Below the pieces are notes generated by a model. That model searched no databases, had not been told where the DNA came from, and saw only the letters and a program-made list of their open reading frames with translations. The position numbers and the translations under genes were made by a program. A DNA stretch of 64,000 bases from assembly GCA_022705565.1 (NCBI GenBank), contig JAKJEF010000001.1:11748-75747 (forward strand), in the 5' to 3' direction. This document shows positions 36,143-44,207 of this stretch, one piece after another (within the stretch, counting starts at the first letter, position 1; each line of letters starts with the position of its first letter). Source of the DNA: Patescibacteria group bacterium (lineage in GTDB: Bacteria; Patescibacteriota; Minisyncoccia; UBA6257; Colwellbacteraceae).

Positions 36143-36213
36143 TGCGGGGTGGTGCAATGGTAACACGCCTGCCTTTGAAGCAGGAACTCTAGGTTCGATT
36201 CCTAGCCCCGCAG
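36143..36213 (+). tRNA. tRNA-Gln (anticodon UUG)
   Basis: Acceptor stem UGCGGGG/CCCCGCA with U1-A72 and G73. D-loop AATGGTAA. Anticodon stem CCTGC/GCAGG with loop CUUUGAA (UUG). T-arm CTAGG-TTCGATT-CCTAG. CCA is not encoded. Confidence 0.75.
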
Positions 36214-36225
36214 CAAAACAGATCC

Positions 36226-36260
36226 ATAATAAGATAATTATGCTATAATTATCTTATTAT
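36226..36260. repeat. perfect 16-bp inverted repeat (AT-only arms, 3-nt spacer) immediately 3' of tRNA-Gln
   Basis: ATAATAAGATAATTAT-gct-ATAATTATCTTATTAT. It contains a TATAAT hexamer. Confidence 0.7.
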
Positions 36261-36285
36261 AAACCAATCAAATTAATTCATTATT

Positions 36286-36630
36286 ATGAAGACTTTTATA
36301 AATTGGGTTATATCGGCTGTCGCCATTATAATAGCAGCCTATGTTTTGCCCGGAGTGAACGTTGACGGCTTTTTGGCCGCGCTCGTTCTCGCGGTTGTGC
36401 TCGGAGCGATCAATGCTTTCATCAAGCCGATAATCCTCTTTCTCACTTTTCCGATCAATATCGTAACTCTCGGGCTTTTTACCTTGGTTATTAACGCCGC
36501 ACTCGTCATTCTCGCTTCCTACATTGTTCCGGGATTCAGCGTCGCCAGTTTCTGGTGGGCGATGCTGTTCAGCATTGTTTTGTCTTTTGTGACAACCGTT
36601 TTCTCGTCGTTTGGCACAGACAATAAGTAA
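36286..36630 (+). CDS. phage holin family protein (PF04020 / YvlD-like 4-TM membrane protein)
   Basis: MKTFINWVISAVAIIIAAYVLPGVNVDGFLAALVLAVVLGAINAFIKPIILFLTFPINIVTLGLFTLVINA... The whole protein has the architecture of the phage holin 4_2 family. Confidence 0.6.
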   Translation: MKTFINWVISAVAIIIAAYVLPGVNVDGFLAALVLAVVLGAINAFIKPIILFLTFPINIVTLGLFTLVINAALVILASYIVPGFSVASFWWAMLFSIVLSFVTTVFSSFGTDNK

Positions 36631-36816
36631 TTAATATAGAAAGACTCCTCGTAAGGAGGAGTCATACATTTTGCGGGTAAGCATTCATCAACGCCGCTCT
36701 GGGCGATGAATTGAACCCCAGGCTTTTGGCGGTGATCATGCCGTGCAAACCGTTCTCTATGAAGAATCTGAATCCGATTCCGGAGGACCACGGAGTGAGA
36801 CCGGCATATTCTTCGA

Positions 36817-37950
36817 TTACCCACCTCGTGGCGCGGGCGGCGAGTTCCAATCCGGCGGGACCGACCCATTTTTATCCTTGCTTTGGAAGTCCCATTCCTG
36901 AAACTTACCTGGATAGGCCAGTTCGAGCAGTCTCTTCGGAGAATTACCGAACTGGCTGATCAGGCCTCTTAATCCGTTATCGTCGAAATCGCTTCGTCTT
37001 ATCTTGACGCCTATTCGCCTTCTCCAGATTTCCTTCTCGTCCAAGTTCGGGATATCGAATCCCAAAACTTCTTCGACAAGCCATTTTGTCGCGGCGATCG
37101 CACGATCGTCGCTCTCGAACCAATACTTCGGAGTGGTCGCCATTTCCCACGGATGAAATCTCCCGGGAAAAACGGCATCGAGAAAAAGAAATGGGCTTGA
37201 GCCGTACATGGTCTGTAACGGAAAAGACAGCCCGTGATCGACGATAAAATCGTGATTCACGACCAACGGATAGTCTCTCTCTCCGTATCCCGAAGACAAG
37301 AGTATCTCTCTCAGCTCCTCTACGGCCTTCCTTTTGCCTCGTTCTCCTTTCCAATAATTATTCGGCCTCTTCTTCATGTCCTTCGCCTTGAGTTCCGGAT
37401 AAGCATAACGCAAGGCGCGGTAAGGAGAGTTATTAAAGAAAACCCAAAGATAACGGGAAAGTCCATACTTCACAAAAGTGCCGTAGTTTATCTTTTTCGG
37501 AGCTTGCTCCGTCCGAATACCGAGAAGCTCCATCAGGCACCAGACCACTCCCCGTATCGCTCTTTTTGCCTTTGTCTTCAAAGCGGCAGTTTTGACGATA
37601 TCCAGCGTTTCAAGGGTAATCGCCCCTCCCTTATCGGGTATAAAATCATACCGGGTGCGATCATCGTCATCGTCGATTTTCGCGTCAAGAGATGTCGTCT
37701 GACGCAAATTGATCCTCTTTGCCGCTTTGGTTTTCCCGAATTCGGTACGGAAAAGGTTGGCGAGCGAAACGGCTATATAGCCCTTCATTGCGGCGAATGT
37801 TCCTTTCTTCTCCGACAATATCTCCCAGACTTTAATCCTTCCGATCTGAAGGAGATCTTCGTAGTCATAACCGTCTATATTGTCGAATCTACGAGCCGTT
37901 ATCTCGATTATACTTTCCGCTTCGGAAAGAAGCGATTCCCAATCTTCCAT
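36817..37950 (-). CDS. protein with sigma-70 region-2-like N-terminus and three tandem about 40-aa repeats; unknown function
   Basis: N-terminus YEDLLQIGRIKVWEILSEKKGTFAAMKGYIAVSLANLFR resembles sigma region 2. Repeats NSPYRALRYAYPELKAKD, SSPFLFLDAVFPGRFHPWEM and NSPKRLLELAYPGKFQEWDF. Confidence 0.5.
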   Translation of the reverse strand: MEDWESLLSEAESIIEITARRFDNIDGYDYEDLLQIGRIKVWEILSEKKGTFAAMKGYIAVSLANLFRTEFGKTKAAKRINLRQTTSLDAKIDDDDDRTRYDFIPDKGGAITLETLDIVKTAALKTKAKRAIRGVVWCLMELLGIRTEQAPKKINYGTFVKYGLSRYLWVFFNNSPYRALRYAYPELKAKDMKKRPNNYWKGERGKRKAVEELREILLSSGYGERDYPLVVNHDFIVDHGLSFPLQTMYGSSPFLFLDAVFPGRFHPWEMATTPKYWFESDDRAIAATKWLVEEVLGFDIPNLDEKEIWRRRIGVKIRRSDFDDNGLRGLISQFGNSPKRLLELAYPGKFQEWDFQSKDKNGSVPPDWNSPPAPRGG

Positions 37951-38073
37951 AGATATTCTCCTTTCAAGGAACTGGTCGAATGTTATCTTTTATCAAAACC
38001 GAGGTCAAACGATTATGCTATACTGAATCAGCAGCAATCTTTCCGTTGCCAAAGGTCGTAAATTATTTTCACA

Positions 38074-38355
38074 ATGACTAAAGAAGTTGTAAAAAGGCAC
38101 GGTGGGACCGAAAAGTTCGACAAGGATAAATTGAAAAAAGCCATCAAGGCGGCGGCCGAGGAAGCCGGTTTGATGGGAGAAAAACTGAAAGAAGTGGTTG
38201 ATGAAACTCTTGACGAAGTTATGGATTTCTTGAGCGACAAAGAAAGGGTGCACGCGGCTGCCATCCGCGATGCCGTTTTAATGCATCTCGACAAAACCGA
38301 GGCCGCCGTCGCCAAAGCCTGGCGCAAACACGAAAGCGAACACAAAGGAAGATAA
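38074..38355 (+). CDS. stand-alone ATP-cone domain protein (93 aa)
   Basis: MTKEVVKRHGGTEKFDKDKLKKAIKAAAEEAGL matches the ATP-cone N-terminal pattern (V.KR.G..E.F...KI...I). Confidence 0.5.
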   Translation: MTKEVVKRHGGTEKFDKDKLKKAIKAAAEEAGLMGEKLKEVVDETLDEVMDFLSDKERVHAAAIRDAVLMHLDKTEAAVAKAWRKHESEHKGR

Positions 38356-38376
38356 ACCCTTTGATTTAAGATAAAA

Positions 38377-38406
38377 AACAGCCGTTCTCTTTCGAGGGCG
38401 GCTGTT
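38377..38406 (-). terminator. hairpin terminator (U-tract on minus strand)
   Basis: AACAGCCGCCCTC-GAAA-GAGAACGGCTGTT followed by TTTTTATCTT on the minus strand. Confidence 0.45.
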
Positions 38407-39610
38407 ACGCGTCGTAAACGAGCAAAGGGATTTGCGTATCCGATATCTTTCTTTTTTCTTCAGGATACAGTTCTCCATTTCCGTCTCGCGTCAAAAAAGG
38501 CATGAGTGATTGGAATGGATTCTCTTTCGAAATTATCGGTCTCTGGCTTTCGGATCGCTTTAACCGGACAACCGGCACAAGCTTGCCGAATCGGTAATTC
38601 GGCTCCGACGGGAAAATTCGCTCACAAAGACTGCTCAACGGACAGAGTTCGCAAGGGCCTTGATCTTTCACCTCTCCCCAAAGGTCAAGAGTCTTTTCCA
38701 GATCTTCCGGGTCGAGTAAGAGAGAATGATTTCTCGACACTATTGCTTGAGGAGATTTGGAGCAGAAATTTCTGGAGAAAACCCATAATCCCGGATTGAT
38801 CTCCAGGTGCGAGTATCCGTATTCCTGTATTTTCTCCAAGGACCACCAGGCTATACTGTCGACCAACCAGCGCCTAACAGCAATACTCGGCCGGCCGAGA
38901 AGCTCTTTGGCCAATTGCGGATATTCCTTCGCGGTTTTAGTACCAAAGATCTCCTTTGTTATCGGCGTTTCGAGATTGCCGGTTTTCACCACCCCGGTCG
39001 ACATCAATAGCCTCGCGGCGTGGAAGTCTATCGGCAAAGGGACGGCCCCAAATCTTGAAACCAATCCCTGTTCTTGAAGCCAGATCACGAACAGGGAGAA
39101 AATCTTCAACTGGATGCCATAGAGCCGCCCGTCGATGCGGTCAAAAGCCTCTCTGAAGCTATCCGCATCCACTAAGTTCAAAGCGCTTCCGTTGAATTCG
39201 TCGACCAGAAGTTTTGAATTGACCAGCCAGGATTTGACGAATTCTCCAATCTTGTAATTGAAGACTGTCTCGGTCCTGATGGCTTGGTAAATCTCGGCTT
39301 CGGTCATTTTCACGACTTCTCTCGGATCAAACAAATCCGGTCTCCTCGCATAAATGCGGTGGATTCCGTTGGACGGAGTGTCGCTAATCACTCCGCCCCG
39401 CTGAAAAATAGCGAGGATGATCAGAAAGTTCGCCTTCTCTTCGGGACTCGCATTTTCTGAGAGCGGCATGCGTTCTTGGGGAAGCTTGATATGGGGCCGG
39501 ACCACGGACCAAAAATTCGTTATTATTCTAAAGACTTGCTCTGCCCGCTCATCGTCGAACTCGACGACTTTGGGTTCTTTCTTGGGTTTTTGGGCTTTGG
39601 TAGCTTCCAA
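38405..39610 (-). CDS. hypothetical protein (401 aa) with C-terminal Cys cluster
   Basis: No confident family. GPCELCPLSSLCE cluster. Possibly HhH/glycosylase-like, but not supported. Confidence 0.45.
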   Translation of the reverse strand: MEATKAQKPKKEPKVVEFDDERAEQVFRIITNFWSVVRPHIKLPQERMPLSENASPEEKANFLIILAIFQRGGVISDTPSNGIHRIYARRPDLFDPREVVKMTEAEIYQAIRTETVFNYKIGEFVKSWLVNSKLLVDEFNGSALNLVDADSFREAFDRIDGRLYGIQLKIFSLFVIWLQEQGLVSRFGAVPLPIDFHAARLLMSTGVVKTGNLETPITKEIFGTKTAKEYPQLAKELLGRPSIAVRRWLVDSIAWWSLEKIQEYGYSHLEINPGLWVFSRNFCSKSPQAIVSRNHSLLLDPEDLEKTLDLWGEVKDQGPCELCPLSSLCERIFPSEPNYRFGKLVPVVRLKRSESQRPIISKENPFQSLMPFLTRDGNGELYPEEKRKISDTQIPLLVYDA

Positions 39611-39737
39611 GCTATCCCTCCTTTCTATTCAAGTAGTAAAGTTCTAGTGCTTTGGCAAGCTTGTTATTTTAGGCATAAAAAGCCTTACCGGTCAACAAAA
39701 AGCCCCGGTTGTGCTTACACAAGCCGGGGGGACAATG

Positions 39738-40421
39738 TCATGAAACGGGTAGAAATGCGAGCGCCGATCCAAAGTACGTGCAAAAGAATGAAGTCTCCAG
39801 CAGGTCCTCCTGGTAGAACGCAACATAACGACCTCGCTCAAGATGGAATTCGGGGACGTACAGAATTTCGTCACCTTGTTCTCGATCCCCGCAACAAAGG
39901 ATAGTATACATACCCTGTTGCTCCGAAAAATATTCCGGATACAGGGCAAGGATGGCGGCGCCCACCTCGAATGCGCCCAAGCCGAAAGCGTTGGTCGGAC
40001 AATGCAAGCGCGTATAGCGGGCGTTGCGGGAGCGATAAGTGAGGAAATTCACCGCGGCGATCAAGATATCGTGCCCTTTTTGCTGCTCTGTTAACAATTG
40101 GAATCTGTCCGCCGCCCACTTATGCCGATAGAGCTTGTGACCTTTGAATCCGCGGCTATCCTTCTTATCGCCGTAGTTATCGTAGAAGGAGAGTCCGCCT
40201 TTTTCCGCTTTCTGCCTCAGAAGCTCGATTACCCTCTTCACCGCTTTGGTGTAATTGCCGGCGATTGCCTGCCACCTGGGAAAAGCGACCCAGAGATCGG
40301 CGTATTCCGGTAAGGGTTGTAAAGTGATACTCTCATCAAACGTTGCCTCCTTGAGCTTCGGGAAAAAACTGCGCAAGACTTCCACCTGTTTCTCGACAGC
40401 AAAATCGTTGGCGGCTTTCAT
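39738..40421 (-). CDS. hypothetical protein
   Basis: Start moved to the internal ATG (MKAANDF) with AGGAAG SD. The ORF-track start at 40517 lies inside the rnpB terminator hairpin. Confidence 0.45.
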   Translation of the reverse strand: MKAANDFAVEKQVEVLRSFFPKLKEATFDESITLQPLPEYADLWVAFPRWQAIAGNYTKAVKRVIELLRQKAEKGGLSFYDNYGDKKDSRGFKGHKLYRHKWAADRFQLLTEQQKGHDILIAAVNFLTYRSRNARYTRLHCPTNAFGLGAFEVGAAILALYPEYFSEQQGMYTILCCGDREQGDEILYVPEFHLERGRYVAFYQEDLLETSFFCTYFGSALAFLPVS

Positions 40422-40499
40422 CACCCATCTTCCTTTCAAGGATCTAAACTTATTACCTCTATAACAGATACGAATCTGCTTGTAAAATATCGAAATAAA

Positions 40500-40529
40500 A
40501 ACCCCTCCCCGGTTCATCGGGGAGGGGTT
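40500..40529 (-). terminator. rho-independent terminator of rnpB
   Basis: Minus strand: AACCCCUCCCCG-AUGAAC-CGGGGAGGGGUU followed by UUUAUUU. Confidence 0.7.
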
Positions 40530-40857
40530 GGCAATCCATAAGCCGGATTCTGTTTGGACGATTATTTATCTAGGCCCTCGATCGCTCTCGGGCTCAAGCG
40601 ACTCTCCCCATTCGGGGCGCGGTCTTGCACTCCACAAGGATTTAGCCGTTTCACTTCCGTCTTTTTATCCCTATAACGGAATTAGACCATCGAGCTTGGG
40701 ATTGGGTCTTCCCTCGCCTTTCGGCTTGGGACGTCACTGCTCGCACCTCTTGCCTTACGGCAGCCAGCTTTTAACTGGTGTGTTTCCGCCTTATCAGCGG
40801 AAAGAGTCCGGACTTTCCTCTCTGTTTGTTGAAACAGAGCAATCGTCTGAATTACCG
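40530..40857 (-). ncRNA. rnpB: RNase P RNA, bacterial type A (compact, about 330 nt)
   Basis: Minus-strand transcript contains GAGGAAAGUCCGGACUC (P4 5' strand consensus GAGGAAAGUCCGGGCUC), a GUGAAA GNRA loop region, CCUAGAUAAAUAAUCGUCCAAACAGAAUCCGGCUUAU (compare E. coli ...CCUAGAUGAAUGACUGUCCACGACAGAACCCGGCUUAU) and P1 pairing GGUAAUUC/GGAUUGCC. Confidence 0.85.
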
Positions 40858-40862
40858 ATCAG

Positions 40863-40891
40863 AATATAGCACAAATCGGGCTTTCGGTCAA
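40863..40891 (-). promoter_or_regulatory. sigma-70-type promoter of rnpB
   Basis: Minus strand TTGACC, 17 nt, TATATT. The predicted start 6-7 nt downstream coincides with the P1 5' end. Confidence 0.55.
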
Positions 40892-40895
40892 CCCA

Positions 40896-41300
40896 TCATT
40901 TGCTATCCAAAGCCAGATTCACCAGATAATCGGCTCTTTTGTTCTCTTCTCTCGGAACATGACGAAACTCCACCTTCTTGAAATCCTGTTTCAGGTTCCA
41001 AACATCGATGAATAAGGGTTGAAGATCAGAATTCATTATCTTGTATTCGCCATTCACTTGTTTAATCACCAATTCGCTGTCCATCCGTATTTCGAGGACG
41101 GTCTCTTTAGCTTTAGCCTTGCCCAAAATCTGCTTGGCTTTTTTCATGGCGAAAACCAGGCTCGTCCATTCGGCCACGTTGTTCGTTGTTCGGCCGATTT
41201 TTTCGGCGTACTCTTTGAGCCCGACAACCGCGCCGATGGCGGCTGGTCCGGGGTTTCCCCGACTTCCTCCATCGCAATTGATGATCAGTTTGTTTTCCAT
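40896..41300 (-). CDS. rnhA: ribonuclease HI
   Basis: INCDGGSRGNPGPAAIG, NNVAEW, MDSELVIKQ, REENKRADYLVN (the DEDD catalytic residues in context). Confidence 0.85.
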   Translation of the reverse strand: MENKLIINCDGGSRGNPGPAAIGAVVGLKEYAEKIGRTTNNVAEWTSLVFAMKKAKQILGKAKAKETVLEIRMDSELVIKQVNGEYKIMNSDLQPLFIDVWNLKQDFKKVEFRHVPREENKRADYLVNLALDSK

Positions 41301-42118
41301 GGGAATTGATTGTTTGCGGATTTGAATCCGAATCCGGCGGCGTGCTTGTGGCCTCCTCCGCCGTAACGCTTGGCGAGTTCCGAAACGTCGGTCTGTCCGA
41401 TCGACCGCAAGGAAACAAAAATCTTTTTGTTTTTATTTGACCAAATAATGGCCACCCGGCCTTCTTTCGAGGCCAATCGGTTGCCGATCTGCGAAGCGAG
41501 TATCGGAGAATTGACGACCATGGCTTTTTTGCCCTCGAAAACAGCCGGAACAGCCGCGTCGCTCAATTCCTTGACCGTTTGTTCCTGGTAGCGGAGTATG
41601 GCCGCTCCTTCCTTGAGAAATGCCGAGCGCTTTTTGGGATTTTGGAAATCCCGGATCAATTTGTCCCAAAGCTTGAAATCTTGTTCGTGCGATTCGAGCC
41701 AAGCCACGGCTTCTTTGGTGTCTTTTATCTTGAATTTCCAAAGATCGACGTCTTCGATTCTTCTCAGAAGCTCGGGCGTCGGTTTTTTCGGATTCAGGTG
41801 ATTCCAGGTGAGCACCGCAGCAGAGTGTTTGATGTCGAAAACCGACTCTTCGGCGAATTTAATCGCCTGTTTTTGGCTTTGATGGTGATCGATGGCCGTT
41901 ATTTTATATTTCGAAGCCAGGGTTTTCATGATTTCCGCAAGAAAACCGAAATCCACCATGTAAACCTCCGAAGCGGATTTCAAGATGGCCGGCGGAGGAA
42001 CCTGATATTCCATGGGCCAATAGATCGCCCGATCCTTGAACTTTTTCCATAAAACCCAGGCGGCGCCAAACCCATCGCTGCAACCTTTATGATACAAAAC
42101 TACGATTTTTTTGTTCAT
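41285..42118 (-). CDS. DHH/DHHA1 phosphoesterase (NrnA-like nanoRNase / pAp phosphatase)
   Basis: HKGCSDGFGAAW, AIDHHQ (DHH motif), GGGHKHAAG (DHHA1 GGGH motif). Confidence 0.75.
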   Translation of the reverse strand: MNKKIVVLYHKGCSDGFGAAWVLWKKFKDRAIYWPMEYQVPPPAILKSASEVYMVDFGFLAEIMKTLASKYKITAIDHHQSQKQAIKFAEESVFDIKHSAAVLTWNHLNPKKPTPELLRRIEDVDLWKFKIKDTKEAVAWLESHEQDFKLWDKLIRDFQNPKKRSAFLKEGAAILRYQEQTVKELSDAAVPAVFEGKKAMVVNSPILASQIGNRLASKEGRVAIIWSNKNKKIFVSLRSIGQTDVSELAKRYGGGGHKHAAGFGFKSANNQFPWKTN

Positions 42119-43182
42119 GATTGTTTTCGATTGACGATTTCTATTCCCGGAAGCCGTTGGCCGGCCAGATATTCGAGCATGGCTCCGCCGCCCGTCGAAA
42201 GAAAACCGTTTTTCTTCCGGAAACCATGCTTCAATGCCAAAGCCGTGGTGTCGCCTCCGCCGATCACCGCCCGACCCTTGGTTTTGGCGATTGCTTTCAG
42301 AACCGCGATCGAACCTTTGGCGAATTTGGAATCTTCGACATATCCGAGCGGTCCGGCCCAGATAACGGTTCGTGCTTTCAAAATAATGTCTCGATATATT
42401 TTTTCCGTTTTCGGACCGATGTCGAGTATTTCGCCGCCGCGTTCGCGGTAATCCGCGGGAATGACGATTTTTCCGGATTTCAAGAATTTCCGGGCTTTTT
42501 GAACCATGTTATTTTCGACGAGAGATTTTTTGACCGGAATCCCGGCGGCTTTAAGAAAAGTGTTGGCCACACCGCCTCCGGTAATCACGTATTCGGCTTG
42601 GCCGATGAATTTTTCGATAACTCCGAGTTTATCCGAAATCTTGGCGCCGCCGACGATCAAAACCAAAGGTTTTTCGGGATTTTCCCGGATCGCGTCGAGA
42701 TGCTTTATCTCGGACTTCACGATCCCGCCCAAAACAGACTTCTTGGCGAAATCGACAATACCGTAAATCGAAGCATTTTTCCGATGACTCGAAGCGAAGT
42801 CATCGTTTATAAAAATGTCTCCCAGAGAAGCCAAGGATTTGGCGAGTTTAGAATCGTTTTCGGTTTCACCTTTCAGGAAACGCAGATTCTCGAGCATAAA
42901 AACCCGCTCGGAAGACGAGTTTATCTCCCGGATAATTTTCTCAAAATCGATTTTCTCGAAAAACACGATCTTTTTCCGAATCCCGGATTCCAGAAATTCT
43001 TTTGACGGTTTCAGACTGAGCTTTTTATCCGGCTTCGCGGGACGGTCGCGGTGGCTCAAAATCACGATTTTTTCGTAGCGCTTGAGAAGCTTTTTGATTT
43101 CTTCTGTGGCCAGCCGCAAACGTAAAGAATGCTTGAATTCGTCCGGTTCGATATCGAGATTGATCCGCAAAATCGCGATCAT
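42115..43182 (-). CDS. pgk: phosphoglycerate kinase (short form)
   Basis: LENLRFLKGETENDSKLAKSLASLGDIFINDDFASSHRKNAS, and GGGDTT-equivalent region IGGGDTTALA. Confidence 0.85.
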   Translation of the reverse strand: MIAILRINLDIEPDEFKHSLRLRLATEEIKKLLKRYEKIVILSHRDRPAKPDKKLSLKPSKEFLESGIRKKIVFFEKIDFEKIIREINSSSERVFMLENLRFLKGETENDSKLAKSLASLGDIFINDDFASSHRKNASIYGIVDFAKKSVLGGIVKSEIKHLDAIRENPEKPLVLIVGGAKISDKLGVIEKFIGQAEYVITGGGVANTFLKAAGIPVKKSLVENNMVQKARKFLKSGKIVIPADYRERGGEILDIGPKTEKIYRDIILKARTVIWAGPLGYVEDSKFAKGSIAVLKAIAKTKGRAVIGGGDTTALALKHGFRKKNGFLSTGGGAMLEYLAGQRLPGIEIVNRKQS

Positions 43183-43188
43183 GGGTTA

Positions 43189-43194
43189 ATTATA
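43189..43194 (-). promoter_or_regulatory. putative -10 box (TATAAT) 6 nt upstream of the pgk ATG
   Basis: Minus strand GGATTATAATTAACCC-ATG, with no SD. Confidence 0.3.
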
Positions 43195-43221
43195 ATCCAA
43201 AAACCCGTCAATGACGAAACC

Positions 43222-43258
43222 GACAAAAAATCCCGCCTCAATAATAAAAGGCGGGATT
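43222..43258 (-). terminator. rho-independent terminator downstream of the SIMPL-domain gene
   Basis: Minus strand AATCCCGCC-(12-nt loop)-GGCGGGATT followed by TTTTTGTCGG. Confidence 0.55.
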
Positions 43259-43428
43259 CCAAATAGTCTTTCGGGCGCACCGGCGTAAAGCCTATGCACT
43301 CGCTAGCCATATGATACTCTCTTTTTCCCCGAATGTCAATAGCTTTCTCTTATCTGAAGGCGAGCGGAACGAGAAAAGCGATGACAATGAAGACGGTGAC
43401 TATTTTGTTGAAGATATTCTTGCTTCTC

Positions 43429-44205
43429 TTACTTAATTTCATATATTACGGTGACGTAAACAGTGATTTCTTCAGATCCGGGCTCGATTGTCGGCACTGG
43501 AGCCGGCACGACTCCCGCGCCCATAGCCGCTGTTTTCTCCAAGGAATAATCGTAGCGGATATAATTATTGGTGCTCTCGCTGAAACCGACCACCTTACCC
43601 AAAGAAACGCGATTCATCGAAGCCATGGCTTTGGCTTTCTCGAAAGCTTTGTCAAAGGCTTCTTTTCTCGTATCGGCCAGGAATTTGTCCGGATCTTCGA
43701 TGCTGAACCTGACGGAGCTGATTTCGTTAACCCCGAGTCCCGGAAGACCGGCGACGATTTCCGCGATTTTCGAGAGATCGCGGATCTTGATGATGATCGT
43801 CTGGGTCAAAGTATAGCCGCTGATATAGGTCGTCCTATTTATCCGGTCGTATTCGTATTTGGGCTGGAGATTATAATTGGAAGTCTTCACATCCTTGGCT
43901 TCGATTCCCTTTCCTTTGACGTACTGGATGGCGGCGTTCATCTTGGTCGTATTCTCGATTTGAAGCGTTGTCGGATTGGCTCCTTCGGTGATGACCGAGA
44001 AAGAAACCTCCGCCAGATCAGGGGCGATGGCCACTTTGCTGTCGGCGCTCACGGTGACGGTTCTCGCCGGCGTCAGGCTTTTGCCCCATTCGGTCAAGGC
44101 GAAAACTCCGGCGAAGATAAGAATCACCAGAGACAAGCTCAAGATCATCTTGACCTTGTAATTTTTATAGTAAGCTTTGTCTTTATCTGCTGTTTTTGTA
44201 TCCAT
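43429..44205 (-). CDS. SIMPL-domain (DUF541) membrane-anchored periplasmic protein
   Basis: N-terminal TM anchor, then the two-lobed SIMPL pattern (AEVSFSVITEGANPTT...; SGYTLTQTIIIKIRDL...GVNEISSVRFSIEDPD). Confidence 0.75.
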   Translation of the reverse strand: MDTKTADKDKAYYKNYKVKMILSLSLVILIFAGVFALTEWGKSLTPARTVTVSADSKVAIAPDLAEVSFSVITEGANPTTLQIENTTKMNAAIQYVKGKGIEAKDVKTSNYNLQPKYEYDRINRTTYISGYTLTQTIIIKIRDLSKIAEIVAGLPGLGVNEISSVRFSIEDPDKFLADTRKEAFDKAFEKAKAMASMNRVSLGKVVGFSESTNNYIRYDYSLEKTAAMGAGVVPAPVPTIEPGSEEITVYVTVIYEIK

Positions 44206-44207
44206 AT

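Noticed and set aside
40528-40981. ORFs 40528..40869 (113 aa) and 40778..40981 (67 aa)
   Set aside because: They fall inside the RNase P RNA gene and its promoter. The sequence conservation is RNA-level (P4, J18/2 consensus).
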